A stretch of DNA of 55,829 nucleotides from Piedraia hortae CBS 480.64 (GCA_010093745.1 MU005958.1:620001-675829); one strand, 5' to 3'; positions 1 through 11,806 are shown, numbered from the stretch's first letter. Numbers and translations: made by a program. Notes: generated by a model not told the origin, from the sequence alone.

Positions 1-1007
1 GCAGTGGCCATATGTAAAGCATTTGCGGCAAGTGAAGGGTTGCAACATGGTTAGACTTGTCTCCCAGCACAACACTGCCGTTCCATACGACAAATGCAGT
101 AAAGCAGGTCAAAAGGGCGATGAAGGGTGCAAGTGCAGCCAACAAATTGGTCAAACGCCTGAAGTTAAATAGAGTCTTAAGCAGGCATGCTGCCAAGGAA
201 GCCATAGTTTTGATGTAATCTGCATTGTTAACTTATGGCTACAAGGGTATACAGCAAACTCACCTTCAAGGCGAGCATCCGTGGCACTTTGGTCATAGAC
301 GACATCAAACTTCCAGCTGGACTTGGCAACATTGTACAAGCTGTCACCGAAACCATCGGCTTTTCGTAGCATGGAACATCGGACTGCATCGTGGCCCCTG
401 TCCATCTCGCGAATGATCCTAACAGCGGCGGGGAAAATGGCAATCCAAAAAATGTTTGTCTGTCTGAAGAACAGACTGGCACTTCCGAACAGAAAAGGCA
501 GCCAGAACCGACTCAAAAAGTCCCCACTGTAGGAATGATAGACGCATAAGTGGGACAGCATGACAAAAGCCGTGGACCAGATATCTGTGTAGTAAAGCGC
601 CGAAAAAAAGAAAAGAGGCGGAAAAAGGGAGACATTATAGGCGCTGTATGCATCGTCTGATCCACGGAGTTTGTAGTACTTGCAAACGCAGAGTAGTATG
701 ACGATTAGGCCAACGGCATTTGTAGCTCTGAGTGCAAAAAGACTACAATCCAGCAGGCCAGATGTCAGGGCAGACAGGATATAAAGTCCTGGAGGCGTCG
801 TGATCTTCGAGTCCCAGATATCGAAACGTCTTGCACAGTAATGCTTTGCCTGTCGTACATGAAAGACTTCATCCTGAGAAGAGATATAAGAGACTCTCTC
901 ACTTACGCAGAACTACATACGAGATAGGGTTCATTCAACGTTTGGTTGGCGGTTTTTAACCAAGCAGCCAAAGGCGTAAGGACAGCAGCAAGAGCAGCGG
1001 CCGTCAT
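1..1007 (-). CDS. ALG10: Dol-P-Glc alpha-1,2-glucosyltransferase (ALG10/DIE2), 3' end runs off window
   Basis: ATG at 1007; introns 874-920 (GTATGT..CAG) and 220-263 (GTGAGT..GTTAAC..CAG). The spliced protein has [33 protein letters not shown] and [24 protein letters not shown], all DIE2/ALG10 motifs. Confidence 0.93.
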
Positions 1008-1120
1008 GGTTCACAGTTGTAGCCGTTGCATGTTTAAGTGGGCGTGTCTTGATTGGCTGCGTCACTCCACCAATCACGTCGCGCCTTTTAAGACCTCACG
1101 GCCACCCTAAAGCAGAGAAC
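1008..1120. promoter_or_regulatory. 113-bp bidirectional promoter shared by ALG10 and PSF2
   Basis: Divergent ATGs at 1007 and 1121. Two oppositely oriented CCAAT boxes (TGATTGG ~1050, CCAATCA ~1070) and a CGCG core at ~1080. Confidence 0.55.
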
Positions 1121-1933
1121 ATGGCCTTCCCATTGCCGCAAGGCCTTGTGCCGTCTGAAGTGGCTTTTCTATGTGAAATGGAGATGGTAACAGTTATACC
1201 ACTGCAAAAGCTCGACCGTCTGCAGCTGCTGGGAGGCACTACACCCGAATTAAAGCCCGACCATCCCGCAGCGATACCCCTTTGGCTGGCAATGCTTTTA
1301 AAACGTCAGCGAAGAGCAAGAATTAATCCCCCGCCGTGGCTTTCAGTAGAGTCTCTGACACAAATTATCAAATTCGAGACGGATGAACAGACAGCCGAAG
1401 TATTCTCCCCACAGCCTGCCTTACCACGACAGACGACAGATACCCCGTTAGACAGCAATCTTTACCTTGCACATGGAACTCTGGAACCTTCGCCACCGTT
1501 CCTTAAGGACTCCAACACCGCACGGGCGCAGGCAGACGCATTGCCTTACCATTGGCTCGAAATGGGCAATATGCTACTAAGTAGCGCACCAGACGACTTT
1601 GTCGATGCGGACATTGTACGGAGATTGCTACGCGACCTACGGGATATACGTATGAGCAAGCTGAGGCGGGGTTTCAAAGACCTTGATGCCGGAGCGGGCA
1701 TTCAAATGAACGGCGTGGGCGCCATGGAAATTGCTGAGGTCAGGGGGTTTGTGAGCGGGGTTATTGATGGACTTCGGTAACTGACTATCAACGAGCAGGA
1801 TGGTTCGAGGGCTAATTGCGTTTGCAGGAGGCTCAATAAGCCGCGAGAGGAGGCCCAAGCGGAAGCTGATGATTATGACGAAGACTTTGCAAGCAGTTAC
1901 CGCCCCCAGGACGAAGACGACGACTTGATGTGA
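1121..1933 (+). CDS. PSF2: GINS complex subunit Psf2
   Basis: [81 protein letters not shown]. Intron 1777-1827 (GTAACT..GCTAAT..CAG) gives an acidic C-terminus with TGA at 1931-1933. Confidence 0.93.
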
Positions 1934-2055
1934 GGCTGCGGGACGTGACGGCGGGAGTGTGGCGCATATAAATAGGTTGCGTCACAGTGTCGCACCTTTC
2001 AAACCTGATTTGATTCTGCCACCACACCCACCTCCAAACCCTCACCGCAGCAGCC

Positions 2056-2373
2056 ATGTTCGCCGCCTGGATCGTGGCGACCATCTTCGGGACCGTCATC
2101 GCCCTCAGCCACCGTTATCGCTCATGGGAGGACTACAAGGCCGAGAATGCCGATAAAGACATGCGCACCAAGGCCCGCTATGAAGAGAAGCGCGCTGCCG
2201 AACGCAAAGCCTACGAAGACAACCGTCGCAAACGTCACGAAGCCCGCCGCGCCAAGCGTACACAAGAAGGGCGTGAAGCCGAAGAACGTCTGAAGGCCCG
2301 CAGAGAGAGGGAAAGGAAATGGTTCTATGGCGTGGATGAGCCGATGGGCGATTATCGTCGTCGCCGAGGTTAA
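2056..2373 (+). CDS. Small hypothetical protein: N-terminal hydrophobic helix plus E/R/K-rich helix
   Basis: 105-aa ORF with good GCCATG context and TATAAATA at 1967-1974. It fills the gap between PSF2 and convergent MRPL9. Confidence 0.65.
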   Translation: MFAAWIVATIFGTVIALSHRYRSWEDYKAENADKDMRTKARYEEKRAAERKAYEDNRRKRHEARRAKRTQEGREAEERLKARRERERKWFYGVDEPMGDYRRRRG

Positions 2374-2403
2374 TGATACAAGTATGGCTGTCTGGGGTAA
2401 TTT

Positions 2404-3282
2404 CTAAGACACGGCTCGTTCTTCCTTTGCAAGACTCGATAGTCCAGTATTTGCGTCCACCCCCTCAGGCGGACTCTTTTTGAACGCATCCTGCACTTTA
2501 ATGATCCCCTTATTCGGCCCCGGTATGCACCCAGCCAAGACCACAATTCCATTATCCACATCAACCTTCATTACCTTCAAATTCCTAACCGTCCTCTGCT
2601 CCCCTCCCATGCGTCCCGCCATCTTCTTACCCGGATGCACACGAGAACCACTACCCTGCGATGCGCCCGCGGACCCCATAGCCCTATGTGTAAGCGAATT
2701 ACCATGCGAAGCAGGCTGACCCGCCCAACCCCATCTCTTCATTCCACCTGCAAATCCCTTTCCCTTTGACGTAGCCTTAACATCCACAAACTGTCCCTCC
2801 TTAAAAACCCCGGCCGAAATCAAACTCCCAATCGGCGGTAAGCCCTCAGCACTCTTGACCCTAAACTCCACAACCTCCTTCTTGATCGGCACACCCTGTT
2901 TCGCAAAATGCCCCCTCTCCGCCCGTGAAACATTCCTCGCCTCCTTTGTCCCCATCCCAACCTGTACAGCAAAGTACCCGTGCTTACTCCGTCGCTTGTG
3001 TCCTACAACTTGGCATCGATCAAGCTGCAGAACCGTGCATGGTGTTCGGACGCTGGTGACTGGATCGTAGATGGCCGTCATGCCCTTCTTCACTGCCAGC
3101 ACTCCCGTGCGGAGGGAAAGATTGGAGTCTTTGACCAGCAGGGAGCCGGCTCTGCTGGCGCGCAGAGGCGCATGGCCGGGGAGGTTGTTGTACCGTTCAA
3201 AATTCGGGTTCGGGCGGGAGATGGAGGATATGCTTCGCTTGGAGGACAGTAATAAGAAGCGGATCGGTGGCGTTGGAGGCAT
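2404..3282 (-). CDS. MRPL9: Mitochondrial ribosomal protein uL3m
   Basis: RTGVLAVKKGMT, GYFAVQVG, GQFVDV..SKGKGFAGGMKRWGW.GQPASHGNSLTHRAMGS, GSRVHPGKKMAGRMGG. Probable ATG at 3282 with an R/S-rich presequence. Confidence 0.95.
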   Translation of the reverse strand: MPPTPPIRFLLLSSKRSISSISRPNPNFERYNNLPGHAPLRASRAGSLLVKDSNLSLRTGVLAVKKGMTAIYDPVTSVRTPCTVLQLDRCQVVGHKRRSKHGYFAVQVGMGTKEARNVSRAERGHFAKQGVPIKKEVVEFRVKSAEGLPPIGSLISAGVFKEGQFVDVKATSKGKGFAGGMKRWGWAGQPASHGNSLTHRAMGSAGASQGSGSRVHPGKKMAGRMGGEQRTVRNLKVMKVDVDNGIVVLAGCIPGPNKGIIKVQDAFKKSPPEGVDANTGLSSLAKEERAVS

Positions 3283-5307
3283 TGCGTTTGGTCGGGGAGG
3301 TGGAGTGAGGTGAGGTTGAGGTTTGGGATGATGAGTCAGCAGCAATTACTAAGCGAGCTGATGTTCCGATATGGAATGTGTTCATATGTGACGTGGCGAA
3401 TGCGCCCTGCTACTGCAGGCTAGCGGCCTCGGATCGGGTCCCAAGGCCCCATTTGTGCACGGCACCCATAAGTTGCTCTATCGGGGTGAAGATGCTCACC
3501 AACAAGGTGACTTTTTCTTGGTATAAATAGTTCCCAATATGCTCTTCCTTCGCAAAATGGACCTCAAGAGACCCCTGGTCAGTCCTCAAAGCCTACGTGC
3601 CTGGTTTTGCAGTGCAATGGGCTGAATTGAGCCGCATGATAAAACCATTAACAAATCTAACCAGACAGTTGAAAGAGGTGCTTTCGATTGTATCCTATGA
3701 CGATAGTTATGTATCATACATCTTGTCACGACGTGTACTATGCTATCCTTGCAACTGTGTTGTGCCTTACGGAACAGCTAAGTACACTATGGGCTGGAGG
3801 TGAGGTGCCGGGTCACGTGGCTGCGATATGGTTCCTTGACATATGTGCAAGCCCTCTTGCCACTAATTTTAACGCACAAAACTCCAAGGCTAGCTGGACA
3901 ACACCTCATTGATCGAGTTACCGTTAGTTCCCGTTCAATGATATATAGATCGCCCTTTCTGGTAGAGAAATCTAAGCAAGTTTCCCCCACTATCCTGTCT
4001 GGCATTACTCGCTCCTTCCTTGGCCTAGTTTCTCTCAAGGTTCTCATCGTACAGAAATGCCATGCAAAACTCGCATTTTTCATTTTTCTTATTGCAGGGC
4101 GCCACACTGCATTTAAGCGCCGCCCTTCTAGCCTGCTCGAAGGCATTGGCTGGGCGCACAAAGTCCTTATTGAAGGCGCGGGAGACGACGGGCGCGTAGC
4201 TGCTCCCCGGGAGTCGTTCATGTGTTCGACTTGGGATCGAACGTACCCACGACCGAACTGCTAGTACGATTTGTCGCGCGCGGGCGTGCCCTCTCCCTGA
4301 CCGATGACGCCGTCGTATGCCGGATGCTTGTGACGCAGGTGGGCAAGAACGGCACCAACAATCTGGTTCTCATTCTACGAGTCCCGGAGCTGGTGCTGTT
4401 TTCGCTTCATATGTTGGGCCGCTTCCAGGGCAATGGTATTTAACATTCTGGGTAGACTTGCTGTTGTTTTGCTCGCAGAGAGTCTGGTGAACTTGCAAAT
4501 CCTCGTTGGGACCATTGAAGATTTAAAGAGTGTGAGAGATGTGAACAAGGGATACCGCGAGATGGGATAAGTGTCGCGGGATTATTTTATCCTCCGCCAT
4601 TCTCACCACTGGTTTTCTGACGCAGCAAAGGACACGATACAGTGCTCCGTATAAGATATTCGATCTTGTCCATTGCTGGGACGTGGGGCCTGCAGGCGGT
4701 AAGTAGGAGTAAACTTGCAGCTTTGGCTTTTCATTGGCTGAGCTTCGCTGCCCATTTGGTTCTTGTGGTAGTCCCTTGTTATTTGCTAAAATAGAGGTTG
4801 AAATGACGGCGGTGGCGGCGGCTGCAACAACGGTGAAGAGCGGTGCGCTATTCGTGACGCAGTGGAGGCACGGGAGAGGGAACAAGCGTTTGCGAGGACG
4901 TGGCGGGAAATGCAAAACGTAAGACGAGAACGACGGGTGATTACAATTGGTGAATTAGAATGATGATAAGAATGTGTGTGTCTGTCGGAATGCGCGTCAT
5001 GAGTGACGGCACTACGGAGCGGCTGCCGCAGTGGAGCTCAACACATCCAGAGCGCAATAACACTGATTGAATTCCACATCGGTGTGTTTCCGCAGGTGAG
5101 CCAAGATGACGCAAGTACTACGTTAGACACGTGACCCAAACATCTGCACACACACACACATAATGTACGTGTGATGTTACGATAAAGTGTACCGTACAAA
5201 ATTAAATGTAACTCAGCGCATTGAAATTGAAAAATTACTTCTTTTGAGTTGTACCGGAACTTTATATCCATAGACGTAAAATGAAAAACAACCACAACAA
5301 AACAAAT

Positions 5308-5555
5308 TGTCAGAACTCAGAACCTACGTCATGTGAAAGGGCCCGGTCCCTCCACGGCCCGAGTCTAGTGGCCCCACTCTGCAGCACGTACTCAGGCGGC
5401 ACTGACTTTTCTCTTCTCTTCTTCATGCGTTGTTCTCTGTCTACATAGGGTCTACGCAGTCCTCTCGTCCATAGCCCATTGCTTTGAGCCTCTCACCCTT
5501 GTCTCTCATTGATCTCTCGATCCCGACCCCTCGTCCTTAGCCTCGTGTCGTGACA
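5308..5555 (+). mobile_element. Solo LTR, copy 1 (248 bp)
   Basis: TGTCA...TGACA termini; TSD CAAAT at 5303-5307 and 5556-5560; homologous to 26259-26505 and 45335-45582. Confidence 0.92.
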
Positions 5556-6061
5556 CAAATACCGGAACTTTACTCCGTGGGGTTGGGTCTTCTGAGATGC
5601 CTGAATGCTGATGCCTCAATAAAATGTTCCGATGCAGGGAGTGATTGTGGCCCACAATCTGTGGTACCCACCATTGCCACAATAAATCCGCACCCACCCG
5701 AGGTCGGTTTGCCAGGCCGAGGGCTGGCGATGAAATGGCTTTGTGGCTGGCATATCACAGATTGTATTCACAACTGGAGCTCTTTTGAGGATTTCTGCAC
5801 CCGTGGAAAGAAATTCCCACCATTTGCAGATTTATTCCCACGGATAGTTGTACCTCCACAGCCCTTTGGACGGGGATTGCAGATCCATTTTTCCCTCTGA
5901 GAGGCTAACATAACCTCATGCTCACCGGACGGTACTTCAAGGCGAAGAAGGAGGAGGACCTCGAACTCATGAGCTCTATCACTGCTTCGGAAATCGTCTA
6001 TAGACTTCGGTGGCAACTTTACTACTCCTTTACCCTCTCTTGATCCCGTCACCACAGAATA

Positions 6062-7503
6062 ATGTTAAGATCCTTATCGGAAAGCGGCGATTCACCCGCT
6101 TCATCTGCTGGTGTAGCAGTGGAGGAAAATCTCGATCCCAAGCAGGCTCTATCACTACTGACCCGTAAATTGTCCATGGACTTCGGTGCAGGGAGCGATC
6201 AGGCCAATAAGGAGAGCTTGATAACTCCTCAGTTCTACTTGTACTTTTTTGACCATTCGTGGAATTCCTGAAAAATCGATCACCAACTCCTACTGTCCTA
6301 GCGGCGCAAACCATGGCAATGTCGATCTTTCCTTCTTCAACAACGTCAAATTCAGCCTGACCAACTGGGCGGCACCATTCTCATAACATGACAGTAGCCT
6401 TGGTTTTTCGGTCGAGGGAAAGACCTTAAACATCGCTCGCGCTGCCTCCCGTGAGGAGTGGGTCATCGCGCTGGAACCCAACGTAGCGGGGCCAAGTTGG
6501 CGCGGTACATTGTCCAAACCTTCCAACAGCCGGGGTTAAGTGAATTCGGTGTTGAACCTAGATGTGGCCTTGGAACCATGAAAACGCAGTCCATCACAAT
6601 GGACAAATGGACCCTCTTGCAATCAGCATTCAGGAAGGGGTACGTCTCATGGACCCAGGACAATGATGAGTTCTTCAAGAGTCCTGCGTTCCATGCATGC
6701 AACTACGACAGTGACATTTAAATCAAGGCCGGCAGCGATTTACCTGAGACGAACAACTCCCCGCCTCTCGGGGAGTTATTGGAAGAGGTCGATGGCATCC
6801 AGGATAGGATTTGGGAGCTGGGGGCACGTTACGATCTCCGAGGCATACACGAAATCTCGTATGCCTTATCATTAAACCTCAACGCGGAAGAGGACGACGG
6901 CAGTAGCGATCATGACGAGCCACAAGTTCGATGTTTATTGGAGGACCGCAGTGTGATGCATGTCCAGTTGGACAAGGGATACACATTTTATCCCGTTGTA
7001 TTTAATCCGGCGTTGGGAAATTTCGGAGCCAATGCTCCTCCAGATTTCCTGAAGCCGACATGCGAACGGACGGAACAACGGCTCAGCAGGGCAAAAAACG
7101 GTGCGGGTGTCGTTTCGCCTGGATACTGGCAAGCCTATTCGAACGTCAAAAAGGCAGTCCGTCATTCTGCTGACGACCTGCTCGCGACAAAGGGCACACC
7201 ACGGCCCAGTTGAAAACTGAGATTGCGAATTCCGAATATTCGTATAGCATGGAGCAGGTCATTGCCCTGCGGGTAGATCAGATGTTTAGGGAAAGGCGCA
7301 GCTTCAAGGCGATCGCTCTGCCTATCCTTATGACCATGGGGCTCCATTTGGCCGACCAAGGCAAATGCGACTACACCCTGCGCTATCTCGACCTTGGGGC
7401 GAGCGAGATAAAGGCGATTCTCGACCGTCTGGGCGGCTACGTCTTTACAGGCCGCCCGCGACAATCCGAAACAAATCGTTTGGCAAAAGCATCTGTATTA
7501 TAA
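6062..7503 (+). pseudogene. Fragmented pseudogene of an uncharacterised fungal protein family
   Basis: Collinear protein-like segments broken by stops and frameshifts: FFNNVKFSLTNWAAPFS*, LARYIVQTF..GVEP, KWTLLQ..SPAFHACNY, ISYAL..CLLEDR..YTFYPVVFNPALGNF..YWQAYSNVKKAVRH..DLLATKG. Confidence 0.6.
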
Positions 7504-8586
7504 ATGAGCAAAGTTTTATATACTAAGTTATCAAATGTTTTCTCACCTGTTGTTCATGCTCTCTGATGTACATTGCTCCCGCTCCGTCGCTACCAATAAC
7601 ACCGACTTGAGCTCCGAAATCGGCTATGTGATCATCACGGGAAACGAGGAGGCAGTTGAAGAGAATTTACGGACAACATCGTCCATTGAAGTTTGATGAA
7701 GTCCAAATGCATCACCAAAAGCGTGCTGGCGGTAGAATTGTTGGCTATGTCCGCAGACGTTGATTTTGGAATAGTCAAAGCCACATTGTACACAGCAAAT
7801 CCCGGTGATTGTAAACATCGACTCCATGTCAAGTTACGAGTGTCTGGACAAGCTCGGCACCTTCCGATTCGGAAGTGTACCAAACTTTATTTCCCAGTAT
7901 CTCTGTGGCGACTGCAATGATGCAATGGAGAATGTAGTGAAACATATGCCTGGATATCGCAGTCAACATGTTGCACAAACAAAAATCCAGCCCATGATAT
8001 GGTTGGAAACTTTCATGACTCGCACTGACAGTTTTTAGAGCCTCAAAGATCGCAGTCCACCAGCTTGGATCGTACCACTCCTCACCATGAAAAAAACTTG
8101 ATCGTGTGAGCCCATATCTCACATCAAATTTTCTTCATTTCTGCCTCCAGAACAAGCACGTAAAAAGCTCAAATTCTTGCCCCTGGACAGTGGAGGGAGA
8201 GACTAATTGGACACTCAGCCGAGTCTCTACCTGAATTTCAATAGGATTGACAGTTCGGTAGTTTCTAGCCACTAAAAACCTCCACTTCCCACCTCTCCCA
8301 CCAAAAGTCTTCCCTTCCCAGCCGAGATTCATGCCACCCCAATTACGAACGAACACACCACTAACCCCCTTTCTTCTCCGCTACTTCCCTCTCCCCAACC
8401 TCAAAACAAATCAAACGAGCATCGTTCCACCCCCCCTAATACATCAGCACACCCCTCCCACCCCCCAACTGACAAAAAGAAATTGACAAACATTTCGGCA
8501 TACCTCTACATCTACCCCACCCATAAGAGCGTCCGCCGTAGTACTTACGCCCCCCTAAACGCCTCCTCATCCCATCATCAAGACAT

Positions 8587-11500
8587 TTACCTCTTCTTCG
8601 CCGCCGATTCTTTAATACAAGTTCCATTTACTTTCGTCCCGAAGACGAGTGAAGAGCGGGATTCGTTCCAGTGCGCCTGTAAGGGACTGAGATGGAGGAG
8701 CATTAGAGTCCGGCTCGATTTGCCATTTGTGGTTCCCCCTAGTGAAGATTGGAGGAGGTAAGTTAACTGTTTTACAATCGTTAGCAGGACGATTGACATA
8801 GGGGTTTGGGGGGGGGGGGGTTTGTAAGGGTAGACTGGTAGGGGTGGAAGTAGCTGCTCTCTGACAGCACAGGCTGTCAGGCAAGATCACCTGCTCCGAG
8901 GGTAGTAGGCGAGCGAGCAGCCTACCCACCTCCAGAATGATAGCCCCAGGGTAGTCCACCCACCCCATATTATCTGATAACAACCCCCCCCCCCCCCCCC
9001 CCCTCCTTCTCCACCCCTCCGAAGAGAGACTCACCTTCGAATTCCTATAAGGAACATGCTCCTCTCCCCTCCTCGCCGCCAGGGAGGCAATAACATCGCC
9101 CAGCGCAGAAAGACTCTTATTAATCGCAGCCGTTTCCTTAGCACGGGTTCCTTCCGCGCCCGACTGTTTAAGTCGTTCGCTTCCTGCAAGATCCACAAGA
9201 TTAAGAACCCCTTCTGAACGTTCCTCCGAGGCGTCACACGTCCCCTTAAGCGTAAGCATGAAAATCGAGTGCGAGCGTGACGAGCGCTCATTCGCCTTCG
9301 TAGCCGCGACGCGACGGTTCTTGTTTGCTGTTTCCAGGAGGGAGGATATAGCTGTTTGGGTGTACTCTTCATCACCCTTCCCGTCTTCAGACGGAGGATT
9401 TTTCGGTGGCCAAAGCAGGATGGTCGTCAAACCCGTAACCGTCGTCCTGCCGGTGATGGGGTCGTGTTTGATTTCATGTTTTTCTTTTTTCTTATCGTCA
9501 TCTTGCCATGTGCGTGCATCACCCAGTAGGTCGTTCAATGTCTCGTTATAGACTTCCGCAAAGGAGGCAGAGACTTCGTATTCCCACCCTTTGAGACGCA
9601 GACGGACCATTTCATTGAGGAGGAGGTCGATTGAGCTAGGGATGATGCCGTGGGGACCGGACATGCCGTACGTTTTTCCACTGCCGGTCTGGCCGTAGGA
9701 CAGAATGGTAACGTTGTAGCCGTCCACCACGCTCTGGATGAGGTCGCGGCAGTTTTCAAAGACTTCGGTGTTGTTGCTTTGTGGGCCGAAGACGTGGTCG
9801 AATGTGTAGGCGTGTTTTTCGTTGCGAGATTTGCCTGTCGCGGAGAGGGTGGTGGGTGCGTGTACGACCATTTCTTTGTTGCCGTCGAGAGCATCGGAGT
9901 CGGGGTATTCGATTTTTGAGGCTTCGGATTCGCCAGGAAGGAGGGGCCTCGTGCGAGCAAAGACGCGAATGTTGCCTCGTAGTTCGAGGATTGTGGCGTT
10001 GAGTTTCCGGCGGAGGGCTTCCTCTTTGCGGAGGGTTTCGAGGGTGGATTCTTTGATGGATTCGGCTTCTTCTAGACGCTGACGCATAGAAGTGAATTTC
10101 TGGCTTTGTGCCTCTTGGTTGCCTTCGAGGAAGTGGGTCTTGGAGATGAGAGAGGATTTCTCCTGTTCGAGACGGGCATTCAGCTGTTCAGACTCGACGA
10201 GACGCGCACGCAGGCTTGCTGCACTGGCGTTTGCGAGTTCGTTTGCCTGCTGTAGACGGAGGATGGTGTTGCGGAGTTCCTGCACTTCTGTTGCGGACTC
10301 AGATGCGCGGCTTTCACCGGCAGATTGGAGTTCGGAGATCTCCTTCTGAAGGGCCTCCTTTTCACCTTCGAGAAGGACGCGGATGTCCCGGATTTCGGCG
10401 GCATGTTCTGCGGTCAGTTGGGAGACGAGAGCATCTCGCTGCTTTTGGAACTCCTGCTTTGCCGCGTCCATTTCTCTTTCGAATCGGTCAGCATCACGCT
10501 CTCGCTCTCGGGTAACATTATGAACTTCTCGCTCCCACTTGCGTTCAACCTCTGCAACTTCGCTGGCGCGTCTCCGTTCGGCTTCCTGTAAGTCTCTCTC
10601 GTAATCGCGTCGTAGGAGCTTCAAGTCAGAAGCAATGGTGTGCAGCTCTGCTCGGGTTCGATCGAGATCAGAGGTGAGATTTTTGTTAGCAGATTTCAGC
10701 TCTTTATTGAGTTGGGCGTAGTCGTCCGCTGCTCAAGTCAGCCTGTGTAGCCAGTTGAAAGCTCTGCCAAACCTACCCTGCTGTTTGTGGATATGGATAG
10801 ACTCCTCGAGGGTGGATTTGGAGCCTTCGAATTGGTTCCGGAGCTGGACGTACATGAGCTCCATGTCTTGGAGACGACCCTTAGTGTCCCATGCTGGAAT
10901 AGGTGTAAGCGCTTCCTTTGTTAAAAATACGGGGGTGCTTTTGGGAACGCGTCTGGATGTGTGCGGAGTGCGAGGAGGGAGAGACTCCTTGGGGGCAGGA
11001 GTACGGGGGGGTTGTTGATTCCCGTTGTTGAGAACGGGAATCTTGCTGGGCCTCTTTTCCGGAGAAAAACGAGGCATGGTATTGCCCGACTCAAGATTGA
11101 GCCGGGAAAAGGCGTCTGTGACGAAATCGCTGCTTGTTTGGGTAACAGATGACAGCCCCGAGTCTGAGTCACGGCTGGCGTCATCTGCCAAGGGCAAACA
11201 GCCTTCACTGCGAACGCGCTGATGGGGGTCAGGCTGTTGAATCCTGCCGCCCACAGTCGCGGAAAACGTGCGACGAATGCATTGCTTGTAAACAAAGGTG
11301 GATATGTCCGTACCTTTTCTCTTGCTCATGATGGCCATTTCGGCCTCTTCGTCGGTCGAAGCAGTCGTGTCGGTTGTGCTCGGCGGCCGGACATGGCGCG
11401 AAAAGGGGGCGCGATTCGAGGCGCGTACGCCGACAGGGTTCGAGGCAGTCGCATGTTTGGCGTTGCGGGCGCTTATCTGGGAGATGCTCATCGGCCTCAC

Positions 11501-11806
11501 CGACGGAGTCTGGTTCCGCGCCGGTTCGCCCGCCCGCTCCGCCAGCGTCTTGCGCTTGGGCTGCGAGTCTTGCACTGCGTCCATCAGCTGCTGCCTGGTG
11601 CCATCCTGGGGCTGCTTACACCCGGGTATCTTGTGCTTGCTCGGAATGACAGGTGGCGGACCCATGAGGCCCGCGCCATTGGCGGCGAGGTTGCGCGCAT
11701 TGAGATCGCTCTGACTGGTCTCTGCCAGAGTACGGCTCGGGGCTGGCAGCTTGGACGGCTTGATCCCAGGCTTGCGGAGGTCGGGGCGCGTTGGCGATCG
11801 GTCCAT
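8587..11806 (-). CDS. KAR3: Kinesin-14 C-terminal motor (KAR3/KlpA type)
   Basis: Neck ELRGNIRVFAR, P-loop GQTGSGKT, switch I NERSSRSH, switch II DLAGSE, HVPYRNSK/LTYLLQ. Introns at 11575-11619, 10894-11313 (in-frame candidate), 10729-10776 and 8767-9034; TAA at 8587-8589. Confidence 0.95.
8821..8983 (-). ncRNA. Candidate structured intronic RNA in the last kinesin-14 intron
   Basis: Nested stems, one closing with a G-U pair only on the transcribed strand. AGAUAA (H-box-like) and ACA+3 nt are present, and the region is bracketed by complementary G20/C13 runs. Confidence 0.35.

Noticed and set aside
3420..3520. Small hairpins followed by a T-run (possible Pol III RNA)
   Set aside because: No A/B boxes or cloverleaf; no tRNA or 5S rRNA was recognisable anywhere in the window.
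8612..9034. ORF track extends the kinesin motor through poly-Gly/Pro sequence
   Set aside because: This is read-through of the 268-nt intron. The conserved LTYLLQ..TLML C-terminus lies in another frame after the 8767 acceptor.
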